Part shown: piece by piece, positions 43,348 to 57,094 of the stretch
Layout: the number at the start of each line of letters is the position of its first letter
Numbering within the stretch: the stretch's first letter is position 1
NCBI RefSeq assembly: GCF_963853765.1
Contig: NC_088855.1
Span: forward strand, 54,560,001-54,624,000
DNA length: 64,000 nt
Direction: 5' to 3'
Source of the DNA: Magallana gigas
Taxonomy: Eukaryota
Translations under genes and position numbers: made by a program
Notes under the pieces: generated by a model
Told to the model about the DNA's origin: nothing
The model's database searches: none
The model's input: only the letters and a program-made list of their open reading frames with translations

Positions 43348-45395
43348 TTCACCAGGATATGTTTCTCCTCAGTTTAATGTGATAAGTTTTAACACCATAG
43401 GACTGGTACGAAACGCTAACGGCTGCTGAGGCTGGTTTAAAAGTACATCAGGGACCTTATTCACAAAGCCTCCGTAAATTCCGCAGATATCTAACACCTC
43501 GATGAAACGTGTGACCTTGTACTTTACACGGCCGAACGTCCAGTGTTTACATATCTAGCTTATCGGGGAAAACTTTTTAAATGCGTTTACATGTATACAA
43601 ATGACCGTTATCAACATGTCTTATGGAACTCGTTTTGGGTCATAATACATTGGTTTTGATTCATAAACTCAATACAGGGGTACATTGTGTATAACGAAAA
43701 AACATATTTTGTTACATTCCGGGCAGTAACTTTTACTATGTATGTTACTATATGCATTACTACAATCGTTTTTTTGTTGTTACTTAATTAATTTGGAGCT
43801 TTTTTAGATTGTTGAATATCAATATTTCTGCCCAGCTATGTTTTGCTCTGGTTGAGGAATGGTCATTGATTACCCCCGATAACATTGGAAATTTTATTAA
43901 CAGATTTCAAAATCAATGCAGAGAACTAATAAAAACTAAAGATGGTCGCATAGGATACTGAGAAGAAGGTTTGGACAGTTTCTGCTCATTCACTCATTAA
44001 CACTCTCAAAGTCCTGATTGATTATCTGAAATCCTGATTGAACGATATTCTCTTTATTTTCAACTGCATATTGTTCATTTTATTTTCATTGGGATTTTAT
44101 TGTTGTAAATGTGTAATGCAACAACTGTATCTTTTGTTTTCACTACATTTACAACAAATTTTACCATTGTTTTTAGTTGGCCCTTAAGTTGTTTCCTTGG
44201 GTTTATGATTTTAGCTAAACTAATGGCACAAACTCAACGGACTTGTAAGGGCTTATCCCAGACTTCCACGTATATTTAGTAACTATATTGACATCTACGT
44301 ATTGAAGTATTGCTGGTTTTTTGCTAAATTCAATAACGATGATTCATGTAATTTCGTAAAAAAAGATGTAAATATAAAACGTAGGTTAGGTACTTTTTTC
44401 TAGAATGCTTGCTACGTTCATACTCGAATGAAGAATTCAACAACAACAAAAACTCATTTATTGTTAAGATAAATCATGAGTTTTTAGAAAATTAGTTCAA
44501 TATAGGTAATAGTTTTTTCTGTGTTGGAATTATTTGCGCCTTAAAGTTTCTTTATAAACAACTGCGATTTATAAAGCGTTAGCTGCCTAATCATGTTTAT
44601 ACACATTCTGTGGTTATTGAATTAACTCCAATGAAATTAAAATATAATTTTTGTTTAAGAAAAGCTGGAAACAGTTCAGAGACAATCATATAAACAAAAT
44701 TTAAGCCCTTCTACCCCCCCCCCCCCCCCCCCAGAAAAAAAAACCTACAGAGAACATTGATGTGTTGTATCAACCATATTTAAAATGTTATCGTAATGAA
44801 AAAAAAAATCTAAAGAATTCGATCGATACATGTACAAACCATGTAAAACAGCATAGCTCTACATAATGATGATTTTATTAAATGCAAACTAAGATATGTA
44901 CAAAGTCTGATAATGACTGAGTAATACAAAACAAACATTTTAGTTAAGGTGGAAATAGTTCTTTTTTCAGTTCATTTTCAAAAATTTTTGGAATTCTGAC
45001 GACTCTGAAATGATGCAACATCTTCTCCCCTCATATCAACATTCTTTCAATGGTATTATGTATCGACACGTTAATTTTGGGGAAGTTGTATGAAGTCAGT
45101 GGCCATCAGAAAGTAACTGATACATTTTCCTCTTCTCGGTTTAATTCAAGTAATTTACTTGTAAATTAAATCTTAATGCTTCTATGCAGATCAGGATTTG
45201 TTTTAGTTTTAAAAATACGTCTGTTATGATACCAGAAAAAAACTGTTTACAGAAAAATTGTTTATTACATATTTAAAGTTACTAGTAATGTACAAATTAA
45301 TTAGATCCTCTTTAAACTCTTGGTTCAGAGAATGCAGCTTGTAGCACATATATGGGCAAATCTTCTTTGTATAAATACATTTGACAGATTGAGGA

Positions 45396-48300
45396 TCACC
45401 GCTGCTTGACCTTGATTTTAATTCCGTATTTTGGCCTCATCACAACTTCCGGGTACTCCTCATATACGTGGCCTTCCACCAGTTCTACTTTGAATCTGAA
45501 ATTGACAAGAGACCGATATACCACATCGCTCATCTGAGTAATTATTTTAAGGAAGGAGTCTTCTCGTTATCAAACATACTTCTTATAATAAGAAATTCAT
45601 GGAATTTTGACACAGTCAAACGGATCATATTACCAAATGATTCTATCAGTTTAATCAAATTTGATTTTTTTGTTTTCGCATAAAGGTCAGGTCAAAGTCA
45701 CTACCTTTTTCCTCAACGTAAAGAATGATAAAAATAAGTGTAGCTCTTTGTAGTTCTGTAGACATTTGTTTAAGATTTAAGAGGAAGGGGACTCTTAAGC
45801 ATTTTGAAAAAAAGAATCTATATTGTATAAGAATAGTTGCATAGTTATACCACAAATGATAAAACAGAATAAATATCTTTATATAGATATTTTCTAATAT
45901 ACGAGGGGTCATCAAAATGTTCATAAAATGACGCTTACATACAAGTAGTCATTGACAAGAATAAATCAATGTGAATTTTTGCAAAAAGAGATTTACTTGA
46001 GTTGTAATGAGACAATATCTATGATATTCATAGAGTAACATGTTCAATCCATTTTGTTCAGAATTTTTCGAGTAACCATTAAAATGAATTCAAGAGGATA
46101 GTACTATTATGCTACCGCTTACTGCAATAACATTGCATGATGTCAAATACAGCGTGGAATTTACGCAGGAGTACATCTGAATAATCGTGAATAGTACAAA
46201 GGTTTAAGAGAGCCTTTTCATAAATGCATTACATTGAAGCTTTCAAGATAAAGAAAATTTGAACAACAAAAAACCACAAATAAAATCAATGGAATTTATA
46301 ATTTTTTTTTTTGACGTCAGGCCACGAAACTTGATTTCCTAATATAAAGGACGGTGTATGGAAATATCCTAAATTGTTACAGCTATAAAAAAATGTGTTT
46401 TCCATCTATTTTATTCCCTTTGGGAATTTCGCACTTTTAAATGACCTTGCCAATTCTCAGACGGAAACACCCATATCATATGACATTAACTGCATAACGT
46501 ACCGTTTTACTAAAGCACCAATCATCACCCTTTCTTCATTCAAAGCAAAATTTTGACCGATACAATTCCTAAAAAAATAAAAGACAGATTTAATACAATT
46601 TAAAATAACTCTGTGGAAAAACTATATTCATGGCATATCGTTATTCTACTCTTTGAAATTCATATTACTAAACTTATGAATAAGAAACTTGAAAAGGTTT
46701 GAACAGTAGATTTTAACAAATTTTAAGAATAAAAAGAAGAACTAAAAATGATATCGTTACAAGTAACAAGTAGGTCTTCCGTCCGATTTTTTTTTAAACG
46801 ATACGATTAAAATATGAATAATTTTTGCGAATTTCGTGCCTTAGAGTGCTCCACTGGCATAGAACAACTTTACAGTGCACACTTTAAACTATAGTTCACC
46901 GATATCGTGAAAATTTCAATCATATCTCTGATAGTTTTTTTTTAGATCAGCTCTGCACAAAATAGGTCGTAAAAATTGATAAAATTTATAACCGATAAAT
47001 CGGAACCAGAAGTGAGGACAGGAAAAATTTCAAATACGTTATAAATTTGCATCCATTCCAATCATCTGTGAAATAAATGGTTAACATCAGTCGAATAGTT
47101 TTCGACAAATTGCTTGCGTAAATTTGGTGGAAAATATAAGAAGAAACAGTGCCAAAACAATACGGTCTTCCGTTGGAAACAGAAGATCTTAAAAAATGAC
47201 CTTGGACCGGCTGAGAAAGGAACATATGTGTAAGGGTCCCTGTCGTGATTCTTGTAGTCCTCAAATCTTGACGGTCGGAATTCCTGAAATATGAAAGAGT
47301 GACTGCAACTGCTGGTGTGTCTACATGTAACATCAAACAACCTTAACAAATGTGATGAATTTCGTCACAAACAGGGGTGTAATGACCACCATGTCGTTGC
47401 TTTCATTCGCGGACTTAGTATCATGTTACATGTACAAATGTTACTCGTATATCACCGACGTACCAAACGGATGTTATCGGGTATGTGTAGTGTGATTATT
47501 TGCTAATTGGGACAGATATTATAGATTTGTAAAGTATATCAAAAGCGATTAGCATTTATTAAACAATAACACAATGTGATAATAATGTAGTAATATATTG
47601 TGTGGTGAACGAATTAGAATTAAATTCATAAATCGTGTGATTAAACATTAACCACTTTGTGATTGGTCAATGTAACGTATCATTACTGTTCTATGTGACC
47701 AAGCTAAATTTCACATTATTCAGACAGACATCACTTGATGAACCCGAGTACACGTGATTGACATACCATGTGGTCGGGCCAGACGTCTGGATGATGGTTG
47801 ATACATTGGATAAGAATGTCAACATATAAATTACTCGGGATTTCCACGCCATCCAGGACCAAAGGTTTGGTCAGCCACCGACTTATCAAAGGAACAGTAC
47901 TGTGCATGCGCATCACTTCTTTCAGAAACACGGTGGTGTATTTAAGACGACTCATATCGTCCCTAATCAATTTAATATCAAATGATTTATTCAAAGCATT
48001 GTTAAAACAAGAGGAAACGGGACACATCGCTCACTTAGCAACAATAACCAACATAAACTTTAGACCGTTTTTAGAGCATCAAATTCAAAATATCTAGACA
48101 TTTTAGTACAGTATATACTAGTATCATTTTGTTCAATTTTTTTCATAACAAATTTTTAAATTAGACATTGAACCCCTTTTTTATTTCAGTATTTTGAGAA
48201 TAAGATTTTTTTAATTTTCCTCTATTTATTCCAATGTAAAAATCCAACCTCCCTCCCACTTAGACCATATCCTACTCCAGGGGATCATAATTTGGATAAA

Positions 48301-51300
48301 CTTGAATCTCTACTATCCGAGGATGTCTCCACACATGCTGCAGCTTCTCTTGATATATAACTTTTGAAAAAATGTCAAAGATTTTCTCTTTTTCTAGTAA
48401 AAATTCACACCCATTGGGGTCCAACTTTACCCTCAGGGATCATGATTTGATCAAACTTGTATCTACACTACCTAAAGTTGCTTCCATCTTGATTTTGAAT
48501 TATTTACCCCTGTGTAAAAAAGGACTGCGAACGATAGCATTGTCTAGCTGCCTAACTAAAAGTCATTTTTTAAAAATTGTCTAATTGATTTTTTTTTATA
48601 ATAATGTAAACATTTATGTATATTTTCATTAAATATAAATGATTTGGTCAAACAAAGAGAGATAACTTTGTATTTTGGGTTAAAATTGCTGTTAGAAAAT
48701 AACGGAAAAACGGAAATGTTTTTAAAACATCTCCCCCCCCCCCCCCCCCGTGAAACAAAAATTCCTTTGGAGAGGTTTGTATACATTGTATACATGTATT
48801 GTTTTTTAACATATTTATACAAAAGTTTGTTGTTTCACGGAGGGAAACATATGTCTACAGACCGAAATACATTCTCCAAAAAAATTTTGCATTGTAAATT
48901 TTCTAAAAATAATTAACAGATATGAATTAAAATGAAATTTTACTTTAATATCTAACGTAAACGTGTGATTATTAAGTTTTTATGCACATATCGGCCGCTA
49001 AATAATATTTTCCCCACTCATAGAGACCGATTTCAATGAATTTTTTTAGACCCCTTGTAAGCAAAACTTGTGTTTAAAAACTGATAATTTGTCTACAAAT
49101 TTAAATTAACACTTGTTCAGGTTTTCAGGCCAAAATTGTTTTGAAAATGAAATTTTAAAAGATTTTACTCTATATATTTCTTTTAAAAAATGCGACCCCT
49201 ATTGTACCCCATACCAACCTTGGGGATCATGGTATGAAAAAATATGAATCTACACTACATGATAATGCTTCCATCAAAGTAACAGCGTTTCTGACCGAAT
49301 GGTTTCTGATAGGAAGTTTTTTGAAAATACGAACAAATTTTCAATAATTATAAATTGTCTCCTCTTAAAAGAGGACGCGGCCCTTCATTTGAACAAAATT
49401 GTATCCCCTTCACCTTTGTGATAATTTTGGTTGAAATAGGCCTAGTGATGGAGAAGATAAAAAGTTTACAATGACGACAGCAACGACAACGACAACAACG
49501 ACAACGACGACAGACAAGGAACAAATTTCGATCAGTAGAGCTCACTTCAACCTTCATGTCAAGTGAGCTTAAAAGAAGAAAGCACCAAAGTTTCAAATTG
49601 TAGTCTAAATCAAAATATGTAAAATAATATTTAGCTAATGTATAGTCCAATTCAATAATATTTTAACCTTACAATATAGAAAATAGATAGTTAACAACTT
49701 TCTTAATTGATTACATGACCTCAATGAACTTAACAACAAGGAAAAAAGACCAATTTGTAAACAAGCCAATGGAATATAAAGGAAAATGTTGTATAAATCA
49801 GGAGTATTTGCCAAAGCACTATCATAAAAATTATTTTTTGCCGATGGTTTAGTCTACATCTGTACCATGAAAGTTGTGATCTTCCATCAAGAACTGACGT
49901 CACTTCTTTGTAGATCTTTTCTTGCTCTTCCGGATATTTGGCCAGGCAGAAGATTGCCCAGCTAATGGCGGATGCCGTGGTGTCATGTCCTAAAAAAGCC
50001 TAAAATCATATCATCTTAGAATTCGAGGATAAGTGGTCAAAGCGTAATATTCAAACAAGAGGACTTTTATTGAAAACGACAAAAATGTAGGTTAACCAGT
50101 TCTTGGCCCAACGTTGCCTCCTGCTCACGGAAGCTTACCTTCATGCTCACGGAAGCTTACCTTCGAACAGAAACGTGTCAACCTCAGCTCTGATATCGAG
50201 GTCACTTAAACCTTCACCATTTTCGTCTTTCGCTGTGATCAAAATGTCCAGAAAATCCAATTTGTTCTTCTGCAGCTGCCCGTGGTTCTTTTCCTACAAT
50301 ATAATGTTAAAAATGCCAGCTTGTTTTCATCATACAACATTCAAATAAAATTATACTGTAACTTCCAAACTTACGACAATTTTCCTGCGAGAGGCGATTA
50401 TTCCATCAGCAAAATCGTGTACATAATCCATATTTCTTTTGTATTCCCTTCCAGTGATGGATAGCCAAAACAGAAAATCAGGGAACAGCCAAGGACTCCT
50501 ACAGATATGAGCGAATTAAGTCAAACCACTAGAACCATTAATATAATCAACAAGGTACTTAAAAAATAACTTACAAAATTCTTCTCAAAGATAAAGACCC
50601 AAGTTTTCGCACAGCACGAACGTATGGATGACTGTCTCTAAAGCACATGAAACAAATATTTACAAATGAAAACTCTGGCTACAAGAAAAGAAAAAAATGA
50701 TAAAAAATTGAAATTGCATTATGTATTTTTCTGCAGTGCTAGCTACCTTCAAATCCGTATAATCGTTTAATTGAAAAGCATTAAATCAAGAGGGTATCAA
50801 ATTGTTTCATTAAATAAATAGCTAGCATACATGTATATTGTCATACGACAGGTTGTGCTTCAGACCAAATACTAACTAGAATTTACCCCATTTCTTGCAC
50901 ATGGCCCTCGTATGACAACGAACATCTTAACATGTTGTCTAGTGTTGCCAGGGAAACATGGCTGTATATTTCAATGTTTTCTCTAGAATCGCACGCTTTC
51001 TGTAGCTTGTCCTGTCAAGAAAAATATTATTAAATAGTTTAGCCAATTGCATGTCTCTTTTTGCAATGCTTATATTCAACACATTAGAACATATTAAATG
51101 GTTGGTTGTAAGCGATTCTTCCAAACCAGTGCATTTCATTTTAGAAACAGTTGTTAAAAGTTATTTGCGTACAAGGAATATTTCTGTGACATCATTATAG
51201 ATCTGTACATATGGTTTGAGAATATCAAAATGGAAGGCGGGGGTCAGCAGCCGACGGTTTCTCTCCCACTTCTTGCCGTCTGATAAAAGCAGTCCATCAC

Positions 51301-54300
51301 CTTATAAAAACAAATGTCCATGAATAACATTCTAATAAATATTGGAATTATGTATCTAAAGAATACTGGTTTATTAAGTTAAAAAACCTCTGTTACCTAA
51401 CCATGGTAGAATCATTCTGTATGGTGCCCCCATCGAATATTTTGATTTTGGTTCAGAGGACTTCAAGAGGATTTTGGCCGTGTCTGGGTGACATGCAGTG
51501 AACACTGGGTAGAAAAACATCATCCAGGTGCTGGTTAACCTTGCTCTAGTTGTCTGAACCTTTTCAATCACCAGGCGACTGTAATCAGATAGGTCATTCA
51601 TCTGGAAAACAGGGGTTATTCAGGTTAGCTATATAACCCGTGTTTTAATTATGCATATTTCTTATACAATGTATATATTTTATGCATTCCTTTTAAGGAA
51701 AGTCAAATTAACTGTATTGTATTTTTTTTTTAGAAAATATGTTGTCATCTTTCTAAAACGAACTTGTATGTCTGTATGACAGAAAGGCAACTAAAGAAAA
51801 TAATTCCTGTCTGAATTTTCAACAATAAATACCGCCCCTCGATTATGCAGAGTTAGCGACAAACGTTTAGGAACAGTCATTACACAGCAAACCTTTGGTT
51901 GTAGTGGGTGTAATTGTATCCTTCTCCACCCACAAGCGATTTGCAGAAATTCATTTTCGCGTTTCATTGTCCCCTCATATTCAAAATTTCTCCTCTATAT
52001 ATGCAAATTCCGTAAGTGAGTGAAACTTTGAAACTGCCTTAGAATGGTGTTAGCATTCTCTCTTACTATGACGACATTTAGGACTGTATGGCCCTAGAAT
52101 TCTGCCGAAACAATCTGGTACTACTTATTGTGACTTGCACTAATCAAGTATGACGTAATGTTCTACTTGCTATTTTAGCAGAAGTCGATGTGTTTTTTTT
52201 GTTATTCATTCAATCTACTAATATTAACCATTTTAACCAAATTACAATTGTTTTATTATCATACATATGTTAGTTTATATCTAAACTTTCTGTGATTCAA
52301 AGGACTCTATATTTAAGATTTATGTGACTGTTTGGTTTTATGTCTTGTGTAAAACAATTTGACTTGTAATAGCGTTTCAAGGCGGGATGTATCCAAAATA
52401 TTTGGATCTCATGACAAATACATTATAAAATCAAAGGTAATATTTTGAGACATTTATGGAGGGTATTGGGGTTGGGGGGGGGGGGGTATTGAGTCCTTTA
52501 TCAGAAATAAATGCACAAATACATGCAACAAACATAATTGGACTTCAAACGAGCTGCGTCTATTCTTACCTTTTTGCTATAAATCTTAGACTTATTGGGG
52601 TAAGTAGATGTGTATTGATTTTTGATAAAGATAAATGACTTTTAGCCTTATTGATTTATACTTCTAAGTATATAAAACATTTTGAAATAGCACAATATCT
52701 GTTTTTTCTTTTGGCTTTTTTATGTTGTCCAAGTCCATGATAAAGAATAACCAATAGAATCTATTGGAAATCATTTCATATCCTTAGTACAAGATGAATG
52801 CAATTATTTTATCTTCCATGGTAAATTGCACATACATTTAATATTTAGAGCATTTTGATGAATCCTCTAAACGTCCAATATCTCAACGTTAAAAGGATAA
52901 AATAGCATGTTGTTTACATCGATTTCTCCTAGGGTTTAGGTCACACCCCCTAAATAGCGCACGCTTGATTGACACTCCTTCATTTTCTTCAAATAATACA
53001 AATACCTATACATAGCCGTAACTATGCCCTACATGCAAGATAAGTTATTTTAACATACAAGAAAATCATGTCAACATGGAAGATAATTAATATGTGTACA
53101 TGCAAGAAAATTATGTTGACTTGCAAGTTACAAATCGTTTTAGAGAATCTTATTTTTTATATGAGTAAAATTACTATCTAATGCTGGACTCCGACATCAT
53201 AGATGCAAGCTGCAACATAACTATGAAAACATGTGATATAATTATGCCGACATGCGAATTATCTATGTCGACATGCGAGTTATGTCAACATGCGAGTTAA
53301 CTATGTTAACATGCAAGATGTTTATGTAAAACTATTTAACATATTTAACTTGCTTGTTCACATCAATAAGTGGCATGTCAATATAAATAAGTCGATGTTG
53401 TAATATAATTATGCATCTTACATCTATGTGTCAGATACGGGCTAAAGTAAGTAATTTTACCCATATAAAATCAGGTTCTATTAAAAGATCCGTTACTTGC
53501 ATGTTAACATAATCATCTTGCATGAGGACATAATTATCTTGCATGTTGACATTATTAATCTTGCATATATGTACGGAAGCGTATCGGGGCCTACACTTGT
53601 TGTGTTTCAACTAAAAAACTGTCCTTACTTTTTATTGAATTGTCAACATATAAAGTATTGTGACCTCTTATTAATGCAAATGTATTGAGTTATCTCATTT
53701 GATTACTATATAATTAAAATCACTATAATGAATTTTACCAGTTTTATTGCTATCTGCGTTATCGACTTAACAAAAAATGAAGTTTGAAATGTTGATTTAA
53801 GAATGTGATTTGATTATACTGAGATAGAAATTTAGACAAAGAACAATAAAATAAAGGCATTACAGTCAGGTAGGCATCAGTATGCTTTCATTTCTAAGGA
53901 ACATACTGCGAAAATATTGTTATCGAAAGAACTTCGCTGGCGCAGGAATTCTGATGGTACGTTTACGCCACCTCACTCTGATTCCAGCTGTAGATGGCAC
54001 ATGTAGTTTGATATAAATTAAAAATAAAGAACAGTAATTCATTTTTATTAATTGCAATTCATATCAGTGTTTGATATCGTAGTTAGAGGGCTGCTACATG
54101 ATCTATATTAAAGCAGATCGTTATGACCTTCTGTGTTTGGTTAACTCTCCATTTAAGGTAGCTCGCGGGTTTACCTGCTTGTGAGAAAACCTACCTTGAA
54201 AATTTGTCCACGTGATCCATAGGTTTCAGTGTTTTATTTTAAAAATTTATTTGAGATTCGTCTGCGTAGTAATAATGTTATCGTGATTCAAACACAGTGT

Positions 54301-56806
54301 TGCTGATAAAATCAAGCAATGCACTTTCAATGAAATATATATTAAAATGCATATCTTAGTCGAAAACCGCATTTTAAAACTATGCTCCAAACTTTTAAAC
54401 GATCTAGACGAACTTAATTTTAATCAACACAATAACAGAGGAGATAATTTTGAATCAATTCATAAAAAAAAATCAATATGTGTTCTCGGCCAATTTTTCG
54501 CAAAACAACTTTAAAGATTTAAAAGATTTCACAAAATCCTATATTTTCGTCACGACGTTAGCCCGACGTCATCAATTTCTTTCGTTTGAGAACCAAAAAT
54601 GAAAATGCGCTGGTTGACCAGACTAGCCGATTAACACATATTAGAACATGCAAATCCAATCAAAATTATAAGAAATGTTTTCGAATGCACAAATGCAATT
54701 AATGTAAGGTTGTGAAGAGAAGAAACTTGGCTACTTTTCTTTTCATGAAACTTAATCAGTCAAGCATGCATTCATTGCAAAAACAATTGCCGTACAACTA
54801 TTGACATATTAATAAGTTTGTAATCGTATACGATAACTAGCTAAAGCCAAAATAATTTTAATAGTTAGATCGGTATTTGAAAATACAGAACGAGCGAAGT
54901 TAATGCATACGGTTCAATTTATTTTACAATGTACTTGTCTAAACATAAATCAGATTAAATAGTTCCAACAAACACTCATACCTTACAGGACTAAATGCGA
55001 CAATGTATGTCACATCTTTAAATTTTTCGCACTTGATAATTATAAATATTTGTATAAAGTGCAATTAAGTTTTTTAAAATATTTCATTTTATGTTTTTAA
55101 GATCATTTGTTATTTCTAAAAGAAATGTATGAGTTTGCTATGACGGTCAACTCTGTACGCCGAATCCTATTGTCAGCAAACCCGCGAGCTACGTTAATAT
55201 GTGATGTGAGTTTTTTGGACTGATGGTATAACATTTAGACTACGTGAACCCCTTTACTTAAACGTATTATATTACCCCGACTTCCTCCCCCACAAAAAAA
55301 TGTTTTATTTACCAAAGCGTCTAAAAAAATATTATTGTATTTTTAAATGATGTCATGCATGAACTGACCGTATGAGCGCTACGCATTTTCTCATTTTCAT
55401 AATTTGACGCGAGTCTTTTAACCACGCGAATAGAAAAGACTCAAATTAAATCATGATTATGAGAAAATGCAACCCTTATGCAATTAGTTATGTATTATAT
55501 TATTTGATAAAAATTTGATAGATTACACTGTAGTTGGGAGCGTGGGTTGTCATTTATTAATATTGCTTAAATCGTGTATTATCAATTTGTAAACATAAGG
55601 CTGAACAAGCCTTGTCGATGGGAGACCGTTGTAACACCGTGATTATTGAATTATTATCATAATTTTAGGGTAGGAGTGCACAACATTTTTACTCAAACAT
55701 GTAATTCGTTGTAGATTTCATTTCATGGATGATAGGATCAACAAAATCCATGAAAATTGAGCACACGCGAATTCCAATGATTCCACAAATGTCAGTCTAC
55801 ATGTGTTTCCTAGAGCTAGATTCAGAGTGAGGAGACGTACTATCAGAACGCCCACCCCCGCGAAATTCATTCGATAACAATATTTTTGCAATATGTTCCC
55901 AAGAAATGTAAACATATCTATGTCGATATACCTATAATGTATACATTTTCAATGTCCTATGTTAACATTTCTTTCTCGATATGACTAAAACCCATTTTTA
56001 GATTATTATATTTAACTCCGTGTTTTGTTAAGTCGATACAGCAGATAGCAAGAAAACTGATCAATTACAATAGGGTGATTAAAATTATGTTTCTTCACCT
56101 CAATACAATGCAAAATATTTGCATAAATAAAACGACATGGTAGTTTAAATGTTGATAAAACGATAAAAAGTATGACAAGGTTTAAGTTTTAACACAACAA
56201 GTGTAGGCCCCGATACATTTCCGTATGTATGTGGCAGAAATATGCCACCATACGTAACAGCAAAGTCGGAATTTCGCACTGAAGTGTACAATTTTACTTA
56301 ACTGATAATTTTACAATAAATTTGTTTTAAAGAGTCGATATTGGTATTTAAAAAGGGACGAGATCGTAGAGTTTAGAGAGTTTTCAGGATTATTTTTTAT
56401 GTCAAACATTTGGGGAACAATTTGTTCCAACATTAAACATATATTACGACGGTCAATATTTACAATCAGAATAAACTACGGGTATTACATTATCCAATTA
56501 ACCTACAACACAAGCGCGAAGAACTTGCCATTCGATATATATGTTTTTGGGGCGGTAAAATGCAAAAAAAATGGACACTGCATTAAGAAAATTCAAAAGA
56601 GTACTTACTGTGTGATATAGTTTGGATTGTCAGATAAATTGACTCAAAATACGAACCAAGTGTAAATGTCCCCAAATCGGATGCCATGAATCTAACATTG
56701 TCGTTTGCGCGGTGAGTCGTCTCCATTGCTTGAGTCGATGCACGTGTCTAATAATGACAACCAGAAGAAATGCAAGTGCTCCACACATCACGCTCTGTAC
56801 AATCAT
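45396..56806 (-). CDS. CYP4: Cytochrome P450 family 4 (CYP4F-like), copy 2, 498 aa, 12 exons
   Basis: Exons 56806-56657, 51601-51397, 51300-51173, 51011-50887, 50637-50575, 50498-50375, 50293-50161, 49989-49866, 47962-47767, 47283-47201, 46568-46503, 45495-45396. Exon lengths are identical to copy 1; contains [15 protein letters not shown] and PFSAGPRNCIG. Confidence 0.95.
46762..47196 (-). mobile_element. HINE-type element in CYP4 copy 2 intron 10
   Basis: Minus strand begins ttttttaagatcttctgtttccaacggaagacc (a subterminal hairpin) and ends cggacggaagacctacttgtt; T-rich insertion site. Confidence 0.6.
48200..49574 (-). mobile_element. HINE element carrying Cg170/HindIII-like satellite monomers, apparently interrupted by a further insertion
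   Basis: Monomer cores ggggatcataatttggataaacttgaatctctactatccgaggatg (~48280), gggatcatgatttgatcaaacttgtatctacactacc (~48437) and ggggatcatggtatg..gaatctacactacatgataatgcttcc (~49222); (acgaca)n microsatellite; terminal gagctcacttcaaccttcatgtcaagtgagcttaaaa. Confidence 0.7.
50122..50164 (-). repeat. 22-bp-period tandem duplication of the CYP4 copy 2 exon 7 donor
   Basis: tgctcacggaagcttaccttc at 50122 and 50144; on the minus strand GAAG|gtaagcttccgtgagca occurs twice. Confidence 0.9.
53025..53568. mobile_element. Foldback-like MITE built of ~21-bp subrepeats
   Basis: Left arm (atgtcaacatgcaagataatt-like repeats ... tttatatgagtaaaattact) is inverted relative to the right arm (agtaattttacccatataaaa ... 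atcttgcatgttgacat). Confidence 0.7.
53570..56225. mobile_element. ~2.6-kb element with long (>200 bp) diverged inverted ends in CYP4 copy 2 intron 1
   Basis: tacggaagcgtatcggggcctacacttgttgtgtt...gctatctgcgttatcgacttaacaaaa (53570-53780) vs ttttgttaagtcgatacagcagatagc...aacacaacaagtgtaggccccgatacatttccgta (~56020-56225). Confidence 0.65.
54157..55193. mobile_element. TTAA-flanked MITE nested in the long-IR element
   Basis: ttaa|ggtagctcgcgggttt ... aaacccgcgagctacg|ttaa. Confidence 0.65.
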
Positions 56807-57029
56807 GGTGCCACGATTTGTTCACTCTTTACTAGTAATTGAGGTTCTAGAAAGAGCTAGAAAATCTGTTTCTTTAAATATTTATAGAGGTAAAAGGTGG
56901 AACGAGGTAAGATTTTTTTGCGAGTTACATCGTTTAGGCCTGAAAAATGACTTTGTGATGATATAATATAAATCACGTGATAGAGTCAGATATCGCGTAA
57001 TCGATACACTCATAGCAAAACCGACTTAC

Positions 57030-57094
57030 CATGTGGTCGGGCCAGACATCTGGGTGATGGTTGATACAGTGGATAAGGATGTAAACATATAAAT
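57030..57094 (-). pseudogene. Relic 3' part of a CYP4 exon 9, with its donor site
   Basis: catgtggtcgggccagacatctgggtgatggttgatacagtggataaggatgtaaacatataaat ([17 protein letters not shown]) with gtaagt donor; the rest of the exon and neighbouring exons are absent. Confidence 0.85.

Noticed and set aside
49348-49650. Cys/Arg-rich ORF ([15 protein letters not shown]) suggesting a metallothionein
   Set aside because: It is the translation of the (acgaca)n microsatellite inside the HINE element.
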